The notes below the pieces were generated by a model. It was given only the letters and a program-made list of their open reading frames with translations. It did no database searches and had not been told where the DNA came from. A program made the position numbers and the translations under genes. A DNA stretch of 64,000 nucleotides from Clostridia bacterium (lineage in GTDB: Bacteria > Bacillota > Peptococcia > DRI-13 > UBA5745), in the NCBI GenBank assembly GCA_018434325.1, contig JAHDPO010000007.1:266210-330209 (forward strand), read 5' to 3'. This document shows, in pieces, positions 30,126 through 38,214 of the stretch. The stretch's first letter is position 1. The number at the start of each line of letters is the position of its first letter.

Positions 30126-30833
30126 TTAATTACGGGATAGCATTAAAGGCGAGCCACAGTACTCACATTGGTTTTTGCTGCCGGGGCTGATCCAATTATG
30201 GGCGCCGCAGCTGCGACAGCTAACGGCTTCTGCCGAAGGCGGCTGATACTGGCCATAGCCCTGATTTGGCGGATATCCGTAACCATCCCGGAAAACCTGA
30301 TCGGAACCTCTGCCGCCATAATACGGCTGGCGCTGATAGACGGGCGCCTGACGATGTAAAAGACGGATCTCATTGCGGTTTTCATCGATATAGGCTTGCT
30401 CAAAATACCCCATCTTAATCATCTTTTTCAGTTCCTTGCAGGCCATACTTTCTTTGACGCCGGCAAAAGCAGCAATATGAGGAATAAAAGTCAAATCATG
30501 ATTGACGATGGCATCGATATAGCACCGGTAGCGGCCGCCTTCTATGCTTCTTTTCTTTGCGGTGCGTAAGGAAGCCAGACCGCCACAGAAAAAGAAAACA
30601 GCAAAAAGCAGTTCCGTAACACCACCCTGATAGCTGTCAAAGAACGCTCCCAAAAATACCACGCCTATAAACAGCATCAGCCAGCCTACCATCGGCAGCT
30701 TTCTGTCTTTTTCTACTACCGCCCTTTTGTCTGTGGTCAGCTTCCTGATCAGCAGATATAAGCCCACCGGCCAGAAAAAAATCAGCCATAAAATTATCGC
30801 TACCCAGGAGGGGCCTGTTCTTTGCTTAATCAT
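30126..30833 (-). CDS. Membrane protein with C-terminal zinc ribbon (YdjG-like): 3 TM, cytoplasmic domain, Tyr/Gly/Gln/Pro-rich linker, CxxC...CxxC
   Basis: TM helices in the first 100 aa; low-complexity YGYPPNQGYGQYQPP; CRSCGAH...CEYCGSP zinc ribbon. Confidence 0.6.
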   Translation of the reverse strand: MIKQRTGPSWVAIILWLIFFWPVGLYLLIRKLTTDKRAVVEKDRKLPMVGWLMLFIGVVFLGAFFDSYQGGVTELLFAVFFFCGGLASLRTAKKRSIEGGRYRCYIDAIVNHDLTFIPHIAAFAGVKESMACKELKKMIKMGYFEQAYIDENRNEIRLLHRQAPVYQRQPYYGGRGSDQVFRDGYGYPPNQGYGQYQPPSAEAVSCRSCGAHNWISPGSKNQCEYCGSPLMLSRN

Positions 30834-30834
30834 C

Positions 30835-31560
30835 TCAAATCTGTTCCGTCCTTTTTTCTTTGATTTCCCGGCTTCTAAGCCGCAAAAGGCCCAGAATATC
30901 CGCCGTCAGCAGGTTCACTTGTTTTTCCACATCGATAGCGCCGGGCTTGTCCTTTTCCTGCCCTTCCTGCAAAACGTATTTTAACTCCCGGATCCTTTCC
31001 GTCAGCCCCTCATCCATACTGGAGACACTGGAATAATCGCTGTATTTGACGGCTTCCTCTATTTGCTTTAACTGCCGGCCATATTGCCGGTTGGCAGGTT
31101 CCTGGCCTAAAGCCCTGATATCCGCTTCCAAACCCCGCATGAAAATCACCGACGGCATTGTCCTGGCGCCGCCGCCTCTGCCGCCGCTGCCTGCTGCCGC
31201 CGCCATCATCAGGATCAGAAGGAAAGCCAGGATCAGGATCACCTCTAAAACAGCCAACAACCGCGGCGACGCTCCTAAAAGCAGCAAAAGCAAGGACAGG
31301 GATACGGCAGCTGTGCCATACATGAAAAATAGGGAATATACCCCGATCCGCAGCCCCGAGCCTAAACCGGCTTTCGGCATGTCTTCAAACCAGATAAATC
31401 CGGCTATCGGCAGTATTTCTCCTAAAACAATGAAAAACAGACTTACCCAATGAATGTTTTTCTGATTCGGAAAAATCCCCATAAACAACACTACGGTAGC
31501 GAAGAGGAGGATCAAGCCCATAACAGCCGCCAATCTGGTCTTTCTGCTTTTGATCATCAT
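30835..31560 (-). CDS. Polytopic membrane protein with C-terminal cytoplasmic helical domain (YdjH-like)
   Basis: True start MMIKSRK (comp. 31558-31560) with SD GGAGGAACC upstream. 4 TM + Gly-rich segment + helical C-terminal domain. ATGA overlap with the upstream SPFH gene. Confidence 0.6.
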   Translation of the reverse strand: MMIKSRKTRLAAVMGLILLFATVVLFMGIFPNQKNIHWVSLFFIVLGEILPIAGFIWFEDMPKAGLGSGLRIGVYSLFFMYGTAAVSLSLLLLLLGASPRLLAVLEVILILAFLLILMMAAAAGSGGRGGGARTMPSVIFMRGLEADIRALGQEPANRQYGRQLKQIEEAVKYSDYSSVSSMDEGLTERIRELKYVLQEGQEKDKPGAIDVEKQVNLLTADILGLLRLRSREIKEKRTEQI

Positions 31561-32444
31561 GGTTCCTCCGCTAGCCGGCCACAGTGGGGACAAAATTTGC
31601 TGCCGGCAGCAATTGCCTTTTGGCAATCAGGGCAGATTTGCCCTAAACGGCTGCCGCATTCAGGGCAGAATTTTGCCCCTTCAATAAAGACCGGCTTATT
31701 GCAGTCAGGGCAATAGCCTGCCAGCTCCTCACTGATAATAATCATCTCGGCTTTTTTGGCTAAAGCATTTTTTAGCTTGCGCACCGCCTGATCATCCTCC
31801 GGCACACTGATATCATTGATGAAAAAATGAACCAGCTCTATGCCGTATTCATCAAAATCCGGCTTGATCCGTTCCTGCAAATACAGGGATATCTCTTCCA
31901 AATAAGCATTGATCTCCAAAATACTGACTTTCTTGTGGATGAGGTAAGAAGATAAAGCGTCTTTGATTCTGGTCAGATAAAAACCCCGGAAATATTGGAT
32001 CAGATTGTCTTTATCAAAGACGGGCATAGCGCCTACCAGTTTGACCAGAAATTTTTTGGTGTCGGTGATTCTGATGCCAAATTGACCAAAGGAGCGCAAG
32101 GGAACGAAAATTCCGTAGCGGGGATCCTGGACCTGCACCGGCGTGGCCGTACCCCATTTGATATCCAATAAGTAAGCTTTATTGACAAACCAGACTTCGG
32201 CGCTAAAAGGTGAACGGCCGCCAAAAGGCAATTTTGACATACCGGCAAGCAGCGGGATATTTTCTGTGTTCAAAACATACCTGCCGCTGGGGAATATGTC
32301 CAAAGCTATGCCGTCTTTAAAAAGCACTGCTTCCTGAGACTCGTTTACGATCAGCTGGGTGCGGGTGCTCAGGCTCTCGTTGGGAAATTTCCAGGCACAT
32401 ACCCGGTCGCCGCCGTTATATTTAACTACATCGATCATCGCCAT
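31557..32444 (-). CDS. SPFH/Band-7-like (Band_7_1, YdjI-like) protein fused to a C-terminal double zinc ribbon
   Basis: N-terminal ~230 aa Band_7_1-type fold (FGIRITDTKKFLVKLVG...). C-terminal CPDCNKP...CPECGSR...CPDCQKA...CPHCGRL (DZR). Confidence 0.6.
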   Translation of the reverse strand: MAMIDVVKYNGGDRVCAWKFPNESLSTRTQLIVNESQEAVLFKDGIALDIFPSGRYVLNTENIPLLAGMSKLPFGGRSPFSAEVWFVNKAYLLDIKWGTATPVQVQDPRYGIFVPLRSFGQFGIRITDTKKFLVKLVGAMPVFDKDNLIQYFRGFYLTRIKDALSSYLIHKKVSILEINAYLEEISLYLQERIKPDFDEYGIELVHFFINDISVPEDDQAVRKLKNALAKKAEMIIISEELAGYCPDCNKPVFIEGAKFCPECGSRLGQICPDCQKAIAAGSKFCPHCGRLAEEP

Positions 32445-32458
32445 GGCTTTTCCTCCTT

Positions 32459-32543
32459 ATACTATTCTGCGATTAAAATATGGAATATTTTAATCTGGCA
32501 ATTCTTGATTGCCACTGCGCCCGGGGCGCAGGCAGATTAGTAT
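32459..32543. repeat. MITE-like dispersed repeat, copy 2 (same termini as 18704-18840, shorter core)
   Basis: ATACTATTCTGCGATTAAAATA...GCAGATTAGTAT. Internal hairpin CTGCGCCCGGGGCGCAG. Lies 14 nt upstream of the SPFH gene start codon and downstream of the HD-GYP stop. Confidence 0.55.
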
Positions 32544-32655
32544 TATCCTAAACCAATTATATGTTTTTCGCCGCTCAGGCGCAATAAGAAAGGGCCTCAA
32601 AAAGGCCCTTTCCGGTATAATATAATCAAATCTTAATCCGGCTTTAATTTTTCAT

Positions 32656-33756
32656 TTAAAAGCCGGGGGGATCTAAAAACGTCTGCCTGATTACGAGGTT
32701 GAGGCATTGGCGGTCATTATATAAATCCAATATATCCCCGTTATCCAGCACCTGCACCACCGGCCTCATAGCAAATTCATTATTGACCACCATAGCGATT
32801 TTACCATTTGACAATTCCACTAAACTGCCCAGGGGATAAGGATTGATCTTTGACAGAAAAGCCATTATGATATCGTAATCAAAGAAAGTACCGACGCCGC
32901 TCATCATATACTCCATAGCCTCCGCCGGCTGCATGGGCTGCCGGTAAGGCCGGTTGGAAGTCAGGGCGTCATAAACATCGGCCACGGCTATAATCCGGCT
33001 CAGCAGCGGGATCTCGTCTCCCCGCAATCCCAGAGGATAACCGGTACCGTCATATTTCTCATGATGGTACATAACGCCATACCAAAGTTCGTCATTGCCG
33101 ATATCTTTGTTGGATAAGTACTTGAAACCTTCCGGCGAATGGTTTTTAATTATCCTGTACTCCTCTGCATCCAGGCGGGAAGATTTATTGATGATCTGTA
33201 TGGGGATAGAGATTTTGCCGATATCGTGCATCATGGCGCATTTGCCCATTTGCTTGAGATTCTTGTGGCTGAAGCCAAGAGCCTGAGCTATCGCGATGGA
33301 TACCACGGCGACGCTTAAAGAGTGATGGTACGTATATTCGTCAAAACTCTTCAGGTTATTGATATTGACCATGGTCCGTTTGTCCTTGATTATGGTATTG
33401 ACCAGCTGCGCTATCCCATCGTCAAACTGCTTGACTTTCGAAGACAGCGTACTCTGATCCGCCTGCTCCACCAGATAAAAAACATCTTCCAAAGTAGTCA
33501 GCAATTCCTGGCGCAGTATGGGTCCTACCGCCGGCAGTTCTTTAGGTATACTGATCAATGCCGACGGTTTGAAGGCAGATAAAACCTTAACTTCACGAAC
33601 ACCGTTTTTCGTGATCTTATCAATTAAATATTTTGTTAAGACCGTATTCTTGGCTATAAGCGGCACTCGCCCCTCTTGGGAGGAATAAACGCCTTCATCC
33701 AAGATCATACCCTCAATTAATTCACTTACCGGCAGTCTCTTGCTCATGGCTTTCAC
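32656..33756 (-). CDS. HD-GYP domain c-di-GMP phosphodiesterase with N-terminal regulatory domain
   Basis: HDIGKISIP ... HHEKYDGTGYPLGLRGDEIPLLSRIIAVADVYDAL. Confidence 0.85.
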   Translation of the reverse strand: MKAMSKRLPVSELIEGMILDEGVYSSQEGRVPLIAKNTVLTKYLIDKITKNGVREVKVLSAFKPSALISIPKELPAVGPILRQELLTTLEDVFYLVEQADQSTLSSKVKQFDDGIAQLVNTIIKDKRTMVNINNLKSFDEYTYHHSLSVAVVSIAIAQALGFSHKNLKQMGKCAMMHDIGKISIPIQIINKSSRLDAEEYRIIKNHSPEGFKYLSNKDIGNDELWYGVMYHHEKYDGTGYPLGLRGDEIPLLSRIIAVADVYDALTSNRPYRQPMQPAEAMEYMMSGVGTFFDYDIIMAFLSKINPYPLGSLVELSNGKIAMVVNNEFAMRPVVQVLDNGDILDLYNDRQCLNLVIRQTFLDPPGF

Positions 33757-33853
33757 TCCAATAGCTTATATTTAGCAGACTTTACATCTATTTTGATCCA
33801 TGTTATTCTATAATTGTATTATTTTGTATTTTGTTTTGGCAAGGAGGTCAATT

Positions 33854-34438
33854 ATGATCAATAATCCTGTCCTTGATTGTATTCGCAGCCGCAGGAGCAT
33901 CCGGCATTTTGACGAGCAGCAAATTCGCTCCGAAGAACTGGACGCCTTATTGGAAGCCGCCATCTGGGCGCCCAGCGGTGGCAACAGCCAGAGCTGGCTC
34001 TTTACCGCCATCCAAAATCAAAGTCTCCTTTTTGAGCTAAACGCCATTGTACGTCAGGCCTTTCAGCACTGGGTGCCTGATGATGATTACCCTGCTAAGC
34101 TAAATGCCAAAACAAAGGCTCAGGATGAAAACTACAATTTTTATTATCATGCTCCCACGCTGATCATAGCCTCCAACCGGCCGGGTTATGCCAACGCTAT
34201 GGCTGATTGCTCTTTGGCCCTGGAAAATATTTTTTTGGCCGCCAATTCTCTGGGCTTGGGCAGCTGCTATATCAATCAGCTTCATTGGCTGCGGGATGAT
34301 GAAAATGTCAGAGCCTTTCTCTATGAGCTGGGCATTCCCAGAAAACACATCATCTGCAATGCCGCCGCTATCGGCTACATCAAGAAAACTCCGGATATAC
34401 CCCCGCGCAAAGAAAACACCATAAAGATTATCAAATAA
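33854..34438 (+). CDS. Nitroreductase-family oxidoreductase (FMN-dependent)
   Basis: IRSRRSIRHF...APSGGNSQSW. ATG 33854 with SD AAGGAGG. The track start 33800 is an over-extension. Confidence 0.8.
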   Translation: MINNPVLDCIRSRRSIRHFDEQQIRSEELDALLEAAIWAPSGGNSQSWLFTAIQNQSLLFELNAIVRQAFQHWVPDDDYPAKLNAKTKAQDENYNFYYHAPTLIIASNRPGYANAMADCSLALENIFLAANSLGLGSCYINQLHWLRDDENVRAFLYELGIPRKHIICNAAAIGYIKKTPDIPPRKENTIKIIK

Positions 34439-34482
34439 TCACCGCGGAGCGAAGAACCGGACCGCAATGCTGATTTTTACTT

Positions 34483-36036
34483 CTATTCTTCAAAGCCTTC
34501 CTTATACAGAACCGTCCGGTTGCGCCCCTGCCCCTTTGCCTGATACATGGCCTGATCCGCATAGCGGATGGTGGCTTCAAAGCCCCGCTCATGCCTGCCG
34601 GCTGCCACGCCGAAGCTGGCAGTGACGGCTATTGCCGTATCCTGATAAACCACAGGCTGCCCTTCTATGCATTGCCGCAGGCGCTCCGCCAGATATACCG
34701 CCGCCTTCTCGCCCGTATCCGCCGCCAGGATGATAAACTCCTCACCGCCGTAGCGGGCCAGCAAATCATAGGATCGCAAGGCTTTTTTTATCCTTGCCGA
34801 TATCACTTTTAAAACCTGATCCCCCGCCTCATGGCCGTAAGTATCATTCACTCGTTTAAAATGATCCAGATCAAACAAAATAAGACAATAGGGACTCCAT
34901 TTCCGCTTAACCATAGCATCATGGCGCTCCGCCAGCTCCTGAAAATAACGGCGGTTAAAAAGGCCTGTAAGACCGTCGGTATGGGCTACTTCCTCCAAGC
35001 GGTCAAGCAGCATTACCGTATCGGTAATATCCCGGATCAGGATAACCCAACCCTTCAATTTGCCTTTGGGATTGTATAGTCCATTCAGCGTAGTGTTATA
35101 ATGCCGGATCTGCTCTTCTGCCGGCTTGAGCCGGAAATTAGCCTCCCGGGTCTGAGCGCTGAGACAGTGCCTGCTTAACTCTTCCGGCCAATCATTGATC
35201 AAGGTAACGTCACTGCCTTTTGCCAGGACCTGCAGCTGAGGGAAAATACCGTAGGCGGCAGGATTAGCGCTGAGAAACCCCATATCTCCATCCACTAAAA
35301 TAAAAGCCTCCCCCACCACATCCAAAGCGATGGCAGAGCCTTGAGGGATGATGTCGAATAAATCATAGCGCATAATATTGATGTAGAAAAAAACATTCAG
35401 CACCGCCAAAGACAGCGGCGTGTAATTGATCCCTAAGGTATCGACTTTCAAAACAAACAGGATATCGGCCGTCACCGGCATCAAAGCGCCCACCAGGAGC
35501 AGCACCAACTGGCTTCTGTACTTCTGATGCCAGCTGCCCAGCCTGCCGGCCAGGATGAGACAAGCCAATGCCATACAAAGCAAGCTGTAAAAATGATTGA
35601 TATAATAAAGCCGCCCCGGCGTCACCTCCAAATAGGGAACCGGTGCAACCACATTATACTGATAAGCAGTATAGATTAATCCGTGCAGGTTTGTGGTCCA
35701 AAGCAATACTACCACGGCCACCGGAACGACCAGCAGCAGGGCAATGACGGCGGGTCTGTTCCAGGTGCTTTCACAATAATCGGACACAAAGAGCAAATAT
35801 AGGGGGGCAATGAAAGCCGCACCCAGGTACATCACCTTCAACGCCGTAAAACCGGCGCTGGTATTGCCTGCCGTAACCTCCAGCAGATAGCCTAAAGCAA
35901 AAAGAAATACCGCCGTATCCAGTACGATAAAATAGCCTCTTTTGGCGCTGCGGCAACAGAACATGGTGAAAACGCCAAGAAAAACCGTGATGATCAAAGC
36001 AGCCACCATAATACAGGCGACAATCAGTTTTACCAC
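34483..36036 (-). CDS. Membrane sensor diguanylate cyclase (multi-TM N-domain - PAS - GGDEF)
   Basis: 7-8 TM, then RYGGEEFIILA (GGEEF), RxxD I-site present. Confidence 0.85.
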   Translation of the reverse strand: MVKLIVACIMVAALIITVFLGVFTMFCCRSAKRGYFIVLDTAVFLFALGYLLEVTAGNTSAGFTALKVMYLGAAFIAPLYLLFVSDYCESTWNRPAVIALLLVVPVAVVVLLWTTNLHGLIYTAYQYNVVAPVPYLEVTPGRLYYINHFYSLLCMALACLILAGRLGSWHQKYRSQLVLLLVGALMPVTADILFVLKVDTLGINYTPLSLAVLNVFFYINIMRYDLFDIIPQGSAIALDVVGEAFILVDGDMGFLSANPAAYGIFPQLQVLAKGSDVTLINDWPEELSRHCLSAQTREANFRLKPAEEQIRHYNTTLNGLYNPKGKLKGWVILIRDITDTVMLLDRLEEVAHTDGLTGLFNRRYFQELAERHDAMVKRKWSPYCLILFDLDHFKRVNDTYGHEAGDQVLKVISARIKKALRSYDLLARYGGEEFIILAADTGEKAAVYLAERLRQCIEGQPVVYQDTAIAVTASFGVAAGRHERGFEATIRYADQAMYQAKGQGRNRTVLYKEGFEE

Positions 36037-36174
36037 ACCAGTTCTTCCTCTCAGGTTGATTTACCAAGCGCCTGCCATATCGCCGCGCTGCATTTTTACG
36101 ACATATAGCACCTTTATTTACCATTATAGCATATTTATTAGTAATTGGGAATCATTATTGTTTCCTGCGGAGAT

Positions 36175-36220
36175 AAAAAAACCATGGATCGATGGTGCAA
36201 AACCAACCCATGGTTTTTTT
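36175..36220. terminator. Intrinsic terminator
   Basis: A6-ACCATGG-N20-CCATGGT-T7; directly 3' of the small basic ORF. Confidence 0.6.
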
Positions 36221-36221
36221 G

Positions 36222-36371
36222 CTATTTATCATTACCCGGTTTATGGCGGCTGCCGGATTGATTTTTGGCGTTGCGGCTTTCACCGTCCAAAGCGCTTTCT
36301 GCCATGGTAGGGCCGCCCTTGGCCTTCTTCTTGCGGATTTCCTTAGGATCGATCTGACTGTCTTTGGCCAT
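36222..36371 (-). CDS. Small basic protein, 49 aa (possible minor small acid-soluble spore protein)
   Basis: MAKDSQIDPKEIRKKKAKGGPTMAESALDGESRNAKNQSGSRHKPGNDK, with SD GGAGGA 13 nt upstream. Not in the ORF track (shorter than the cutoff). Overlaps the tlp 3' end by 29 nt. Confidence 0.35.
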   Translation of the reverse strand: MAKDSQIDPKEIRKKKAKGGPTMAESALDGESRNAKNQSGSRHKPGNDK

Positions 36372-36573
36372 AAGAAGACTCTTCCTCCATCTCCCGGGCC
36401 ATTTGCGGAATGGCCTGGGCCCGCCGCTGATTTTTGGCGGCCAGCTCTTTTTTCATTTTCTCATCCGAGGTCTTCTGAATCATCTCTTCGGCCAGCTCCA
36501 TATTTCTCTTTGTGTCCTTAATGGTTTCCTTAATTTTTTGGGCATTGTCGCATCTGTTATCGGGTTTGCTCAT
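36343..36573 (-). CDS. tlp: Small acid-soluble spore protein Tlp-like
   Basis: MSKPDNRCDNAQKIKETIKDT...EEMIQKTSDEKMKKE resembles the Tlp N-terminus (PNPDDRSDNVEKLQ). SD AAGGAGGA upstream. Confidence 0.5.
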   Translation of the reverse strand: MSKPDNRCDNAQKIKETIKDTKRNMELAEEMIQKTSDEKMKKELAAKNQRRAQAIPQMAREMEEESSYGQRQSDRS

Positions 36574-36858
36574 GATTTACTCCTCCTTGAATCATTTAGG
36601 TGATTGCGTGATTATTGCCTGATTATTGTTTGATTAAGGCTCAAGGTTTATACGGCTTAAATGGTTGAGAAATTGACCAGACAGGGAGCTATTTGTGCAA
36701 AAATTACGTTTGTATGCAATTAGCCGGCGTGAATCTGCACACAAACGAAAAAATTGTACAGAAACTGCCCTGGCTCCGAGAGGTCACTGCCCCCGCCGCC
36801 AAGACCTCGGCCTGGATTCGCACTCTCGGTGAAAGAGCGCTTGATGGAATTTTTTTTA

Positions 36859-36887
36859 TTGACAACCTAAAAATGGGGTGCTATATT
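36859..36887 (+). promoter_or_regulatory. Sigma-A promoter of the aro-pheA operon (TTGACA-17-TATATT)
   Basis: TTGACA 36859-36864, TATATT 36882-36887. Confidence 0.6.
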
Positions 36888-36917
36888 AAAAAATAAGAAA
36901 TTTAAGGCGGTTGCATT

Positions 36918-37034
36918 ATGTCTGACCTTCGTTGCTCCACAACTGAATTCCTGTTTAGCTTTAGCCAGAGCTTTAGCTTTGGCTATTTTTGCTGTGGAAA
37001 AACGAATAAAGGATATGGATCGTCGTCGTCCTGA
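36918..37034 (+). CDS. Phe/Tyr-rich leader peptide (38 aa) of a putative ribosome-mediated attenuator
   Basis: MSDLRCSTTEFLFSFSQSFSFGYFCCGKTNKGYGSSSS. That is 6 Phe and 2 Tyr, with 6 Phe in a 14-residue run. SD AAGGCGG 8 nt upstream. Stop TGA at 37032-37034. Confidence 0.6.
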   Translation: MSDLRCSTTEFLFSFSQSFSFGYFCCGKTNKGYGSSSS

Positions 37035-37065
37035 TATGATTGAAATGAAATGTAGTGATCATTGA

Positions 37066-37102
37066 GCGGTGGGATTCAGCAAAGGAATCCCACCGCTTTT
37101 TT
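37066..37102 (+). terminator. Attenuator intrinsic terminator between leader ORF and aroB
   Basis: GCGGTGGGATTC-agcaaag-GAATCCCACCGC (12-bp perfect stem) + T6, 31 nt after the leader stop and 38 nt before aroB ATG. Confidence 0.75.
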
Positions 37103-37140
37103 GTATAAGCATGATATTAAGAGTTTGGAGGAATCGGCTT

Positions 37141-38214
37141 ATGATACAGCTTGATATTAACCTGCCGGGCCGCAGTTATCCCATCCTGATCGGGGAAAAT
37201 ATCCTGCAAGAACAGTCCCGGGTTTTAGCCAGCTATTGCCCCGGCGGTATGGCAGCAGTGGTGTCCGACGAAAAAGTCTGGTCCCTGCATGGCCCTTATC
37301 TGGAAGAAATCTTAAAGGGTCTGGGGCTGGCCTATACTGCCGTGATCATCCCCCAGGGGGAAACCAGCAAATCTCTGGCCATGCTGGAAAAGCTGTACAA
37401 AGAATTTTTTCGCTGCGGCTTAAAGCGCCTCCATGCTGTGCTTGCCTTCGGCGGCGGCGTCACCGGCGATCTGGCAGGCTTTGCCGCCTCCACTTACATG
37501 CGGGGCCTGCCTTTTATCCAGATTCCCACCACTCTTTTATCTCAGGTGGACTCCAGTGTCGGCGGCAAGGTGGCCGTCAACCTGGAGGAAGGAAAAAATT
37601 TGGTGGGCAGCTTCTATCAGCCTGATCTGGTGCTGGCTGACACAGGCCTTTTGGCAAGCCTGCCTCAGCGGGAATGGCTGTCGGGCCTGGCGGAAGTAGT
37701 CAAATATGCCGCTATCGGTGAAGAAAGCCTGATCCCCCTCCTGAAAAGTCCTGAAACAATCCGGCAAAATCTCGAGCAAATCGTTTATCTCTGCTGTAAG
37801 CGAAAGGCTTATTATGTGGAAAAAGACGAGCGCGATACGGGCGACAGGATGTTCCTTAATTTCGGCCATACCTTCGGCCATGCCATTGAGAAATATCATG
37901 ATTACCAAAAGTATAATCATGGGGAAGCTGTAGCCATCGGTATGGCCCTGGCCGCCCGCACCGGCGAGCTATTGGGTCTCAGCCGAGACGGTGTTGCGGC
38001 AGCCCTGGCGGGGATTATGGACCAGGCAGGGCTTTCTTACGTCCTTGACGACGACCTGCAAGAAATCATCCCTTTGATGACGGGGGACAAAAAAAATCAA
38101 AGCAGTGAAATTACTCTGGTGCTGCTGCAAAGGCTGGGATGCCCCTTCCTTCACGCCATCAGCCAGCAAGAGCTTCTACATCTGTTAAAGGAGGCGGTAT
38201 CAAGCCATGCATAG
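37141..38214 (+). CDS. aroB: 3-dehydroquinate synthase
   Basis: MIQLDINLPGRSYPILIGENIL...; glycine-rich NAD loop GGGVTGDLAGF; HTFGHA. The track start GTG 37069 lies inside the terminator, so ATG 37141 is used. Confidence 0.85.
   Translation: MIQLDINLPGRSYPILIGENILQEQSRVLASYCPGGMAAVVSDEKVWSLHGPYLEEILKGLGLAYTAVIIPQGETSKSLAMLEKLYKEFFRCGLKRLHAVLAFGGGVTGDLAGFAASTYMRGLPFIQIPTTLLSQVDSSVGGKVAVNLEEGKNLVGSFYQPDLVLADTGLLASLPQREWLSGLAEVVKYAAIGEESLIPLLKSPETIRQNLEQIVYLCCKRKAYYVEKDERDTGDRMFLNFGHTFGHAIEKYHDYQKYNHGEAVAIGMALAARTGELLGLSRDGVAAALAGIMDQAGLSYVLDDDLQEIIPLMTGDKKNQSSEITLVLLQRLGCPFLHAISQQELLHLLKEAVSSHA

Noticed and set aside
36192-36521. 109-aa plus-strand ORF (and 36364-36603)
   Set aside because: It is antisense to tlp and the small basic ORF, both of which have SDs and a shared terminator.
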